Notes under the pieces: model-generated
Seen by the model: the letters and a program-made list of their open reading frames with translations, nothing else
What the model was told of the DNA's origin: nothing
Databases searched by the model: none
Translations under genes and position numbers: made by a program
DNA from: an uncultured Pseudobdellovibrionaceae bacterium
Lineage (GTDB): Bacteria > Bdellovibrionota > Bdellovibrionia > Bdellovibrionales > UBA1609
Direction: 5' to 3'
Assembly: GCA_964409815.1 (NCBI GenBank)
Contig: CAYPFC010000003.1
Location: 2,367 to 36,636, forward strand
DNA: 34,270 nt
In this document: piece by piece, positions 33,159 through 34,270 of the stretch
Numbering within the stretch: position 1 is the first letter of the stretch
Layout of the letters: the number at the start of each line of letters is the position of its first letter

Positions 33159-34270
33159 TCATCCCCCGCCGGCAGTAAGACGATCAAGTAATAGGCGAGC
33201 TTGTTCACGCCATAGACGCCCTGAGCGACCACGCGGAACGACAATCCGCTGAACTCGAGCTCGTTGCTCGCGATCTCGTCCGGGTTCTGATCCACGCGCT
33301 CGAGCAAATCTTTGATGCTGAGTTTGAGCGCTTGGTCGTTAAGCTCATTGACATTCATCGTGGTGAGAGTCGACGCCGGTTGACCCAGACGCGATTCGAG
33401 GGCCTGGTTCACGGCCGCGATCGAGAGATCGGCCGCGCGGATTCCCATCGCGCCGAAACCCATCAGCTCGACGAGGTTCGTGATCTCGCGGTTGCGGTCG
33501 TGATCAACGACCTTGTTTCCGCCGCCGCCCCCTCCGCCGTCGCCGCTCACCGCGCGCGTGAGCGCGCTCGAGACGTTCGAGGCGAGAAGCTGAATCGCCG
33601 GGAACTGATACGTGACTTGCAGCGTATCCGTTCCTTCTTTAAGGGCCGTATCGAGCTGCTTGTTGATGTTCTGAATCGGGTACTCGACCACTTTATAAAG
33701 GAAGAAGAAGAGCACGCCGCCCAGGATGAGCGCGATAAAGAGCGTTGTGATGAACAGGCTCAAGACGCGACCGTTGTCCACGGCGAGCGAACTCATATCG
33801 TAGAGCACGATCGCCCAATGGGTGATCGCATGGCTTCCCGTTTCGGCGTTGAAGAACTCGATCGGATAGAGCGCCACCACGGTGCTGTCGTCGATCTGGT
33901 AAACGGATTCTTTATTTTGCTTGCGGCCTTCGTGAACGTGCGCGACGTCCGGATACGAGCCGGCTTGCGAGGCCGGGGCGATGATATTTCCATCGAGGTT
34001 ATTGATGATGTAGGCCTTCTTCACGCCCGGGCGACTGACGGCGATGTCGACCGACACCGAAGTTTCCTGCCCTTGCATGAGGAAGGGGCGGTTCACCTTG
34101 GCGAGAGTGGTCGCGATGGTGAGCGCGTGCTGTTGGCTCTCCTCCTCGATCGAGGCTCTGAGAATCTGTGCGAGGGGAATCATCGACAGCGAAGTCGTCA
34201 GGATGATGAACAGCGCCATGAATCCGCCAAGCACCATGCGGAACTCGAAAATCTCGGGAAGGCGGTAGAC
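33155..34270 (-). CDS. Two-TM sensor-like protein (periplasmic Cache-like domain, HAMP-like segment, Gly7 linker, PAS-like C-terminal domain) with no enzymatic output; 5' end probably outside the window
   Basis: The frame stays open from 34237 to the window edge (VYRLPEIFEFRMVLGG...). TM1 GGFMALFIILTTSLSMIPLA. About 150-aa ectodomain (AYIINNLDGNIIAP). TM2 LSLFITTLFIALILGGVLFFFLY. GDGGGGGGGN is encoded at 33518-33538. The C-terminal ~110 aa look PAS-like by eye. Confidence 0.6.
   Translation of the reverse strand, partial: VYRLPEIFEFRMVLGGFMALFIILTTSLSMIPLAQILRASIEEESQQHALTIATTLAKVNRPFLMQGQETSVSVDIAVSRPGVKKAYIINNLDGNIIAPASQAGSYPDVAHVHEGRKQNKESVYQIDDSTVVALYPIEFFNAETGSHAITHWAIVLYDMSSLAVDNGRVLSLFITTLFIALILGGVLFFFLYKVVEYPIQNINKQLDTALKEGTDTLQVTYQFPAIQLLASNVSSALTRAVSGDGGGGGGGNKVVDHDRNREITNLVELMGFGAMGIRAADLSIAAVNQALESRLGQPASTLTTMNVNELNDQALKLSIKDLLERVDQNPDEIASNELEFSGLSFRVVAQGVYGVNKLAYYLIVLLPAGDE

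Overview
This looks like a chromosomal segment of a GC-rich diderm (Gram-negative-type) bacterium. About 40 protein genes are tightly packed, and many are joined by 1-14 nt start/stop overlaps. I found no rRNA, tRNA, CRISPR array, transposase, integrase or phage genes. Housekeeping blocks are clear: an AceE-like E1 (partial, left edge), rplM-rpsI, truA, asd, pssA, sfsA, and a lipA-E2-lpdA-lipB operon. Envelope and signalling genes sit between them: a TonB-like protein, a PP2C phosphatase, an M23 peptidase, an ExbB/ExbD pair, a DsbA-like lipoprotein, a sulfatase-like lipoprotein and a LysR regulator. There are also many orphan signal-peptide or beta-barrel proteins. The envelope- and signalling-rich content recalls Bdellovibrionota/Myxococcota-type genomes, but taxonomy cannot be established from this window. 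Several long ORFs in the supplied track are antisense or out-of-frame shadows typical of high-GC DNA, and I re-set many start codons by hand. The best candidate for an undescribed system is at the right end (29504-34270, minus strand). It is a translationally coupled four-gene module: an output-less Cache/HAMP/PAS-like membrane sensor, an FHA-TM-TPR protein, a double-FHA-TM-coiled-coil/TPR protein, and a PP2C-fold protein with every metal-binding Asp motif replaced. No Ser/Thr kinase is present in cis, and a small radical-SAM gene follows. Secondary points of interest are listed here.
- A surface protein with a CFVATAAYG-type C-terminal anchor, coupled to an acidic beta-barrel OMP.
- An 849-aa orphan secreted protein.
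- An AT-richer 395-bp gap holding a strongly SD-led 42-codon hydrophobic ORF and alternative hairpins.
- An SD-sequestering hairpin before exbB.
- Two perfect intergenic palindromes.
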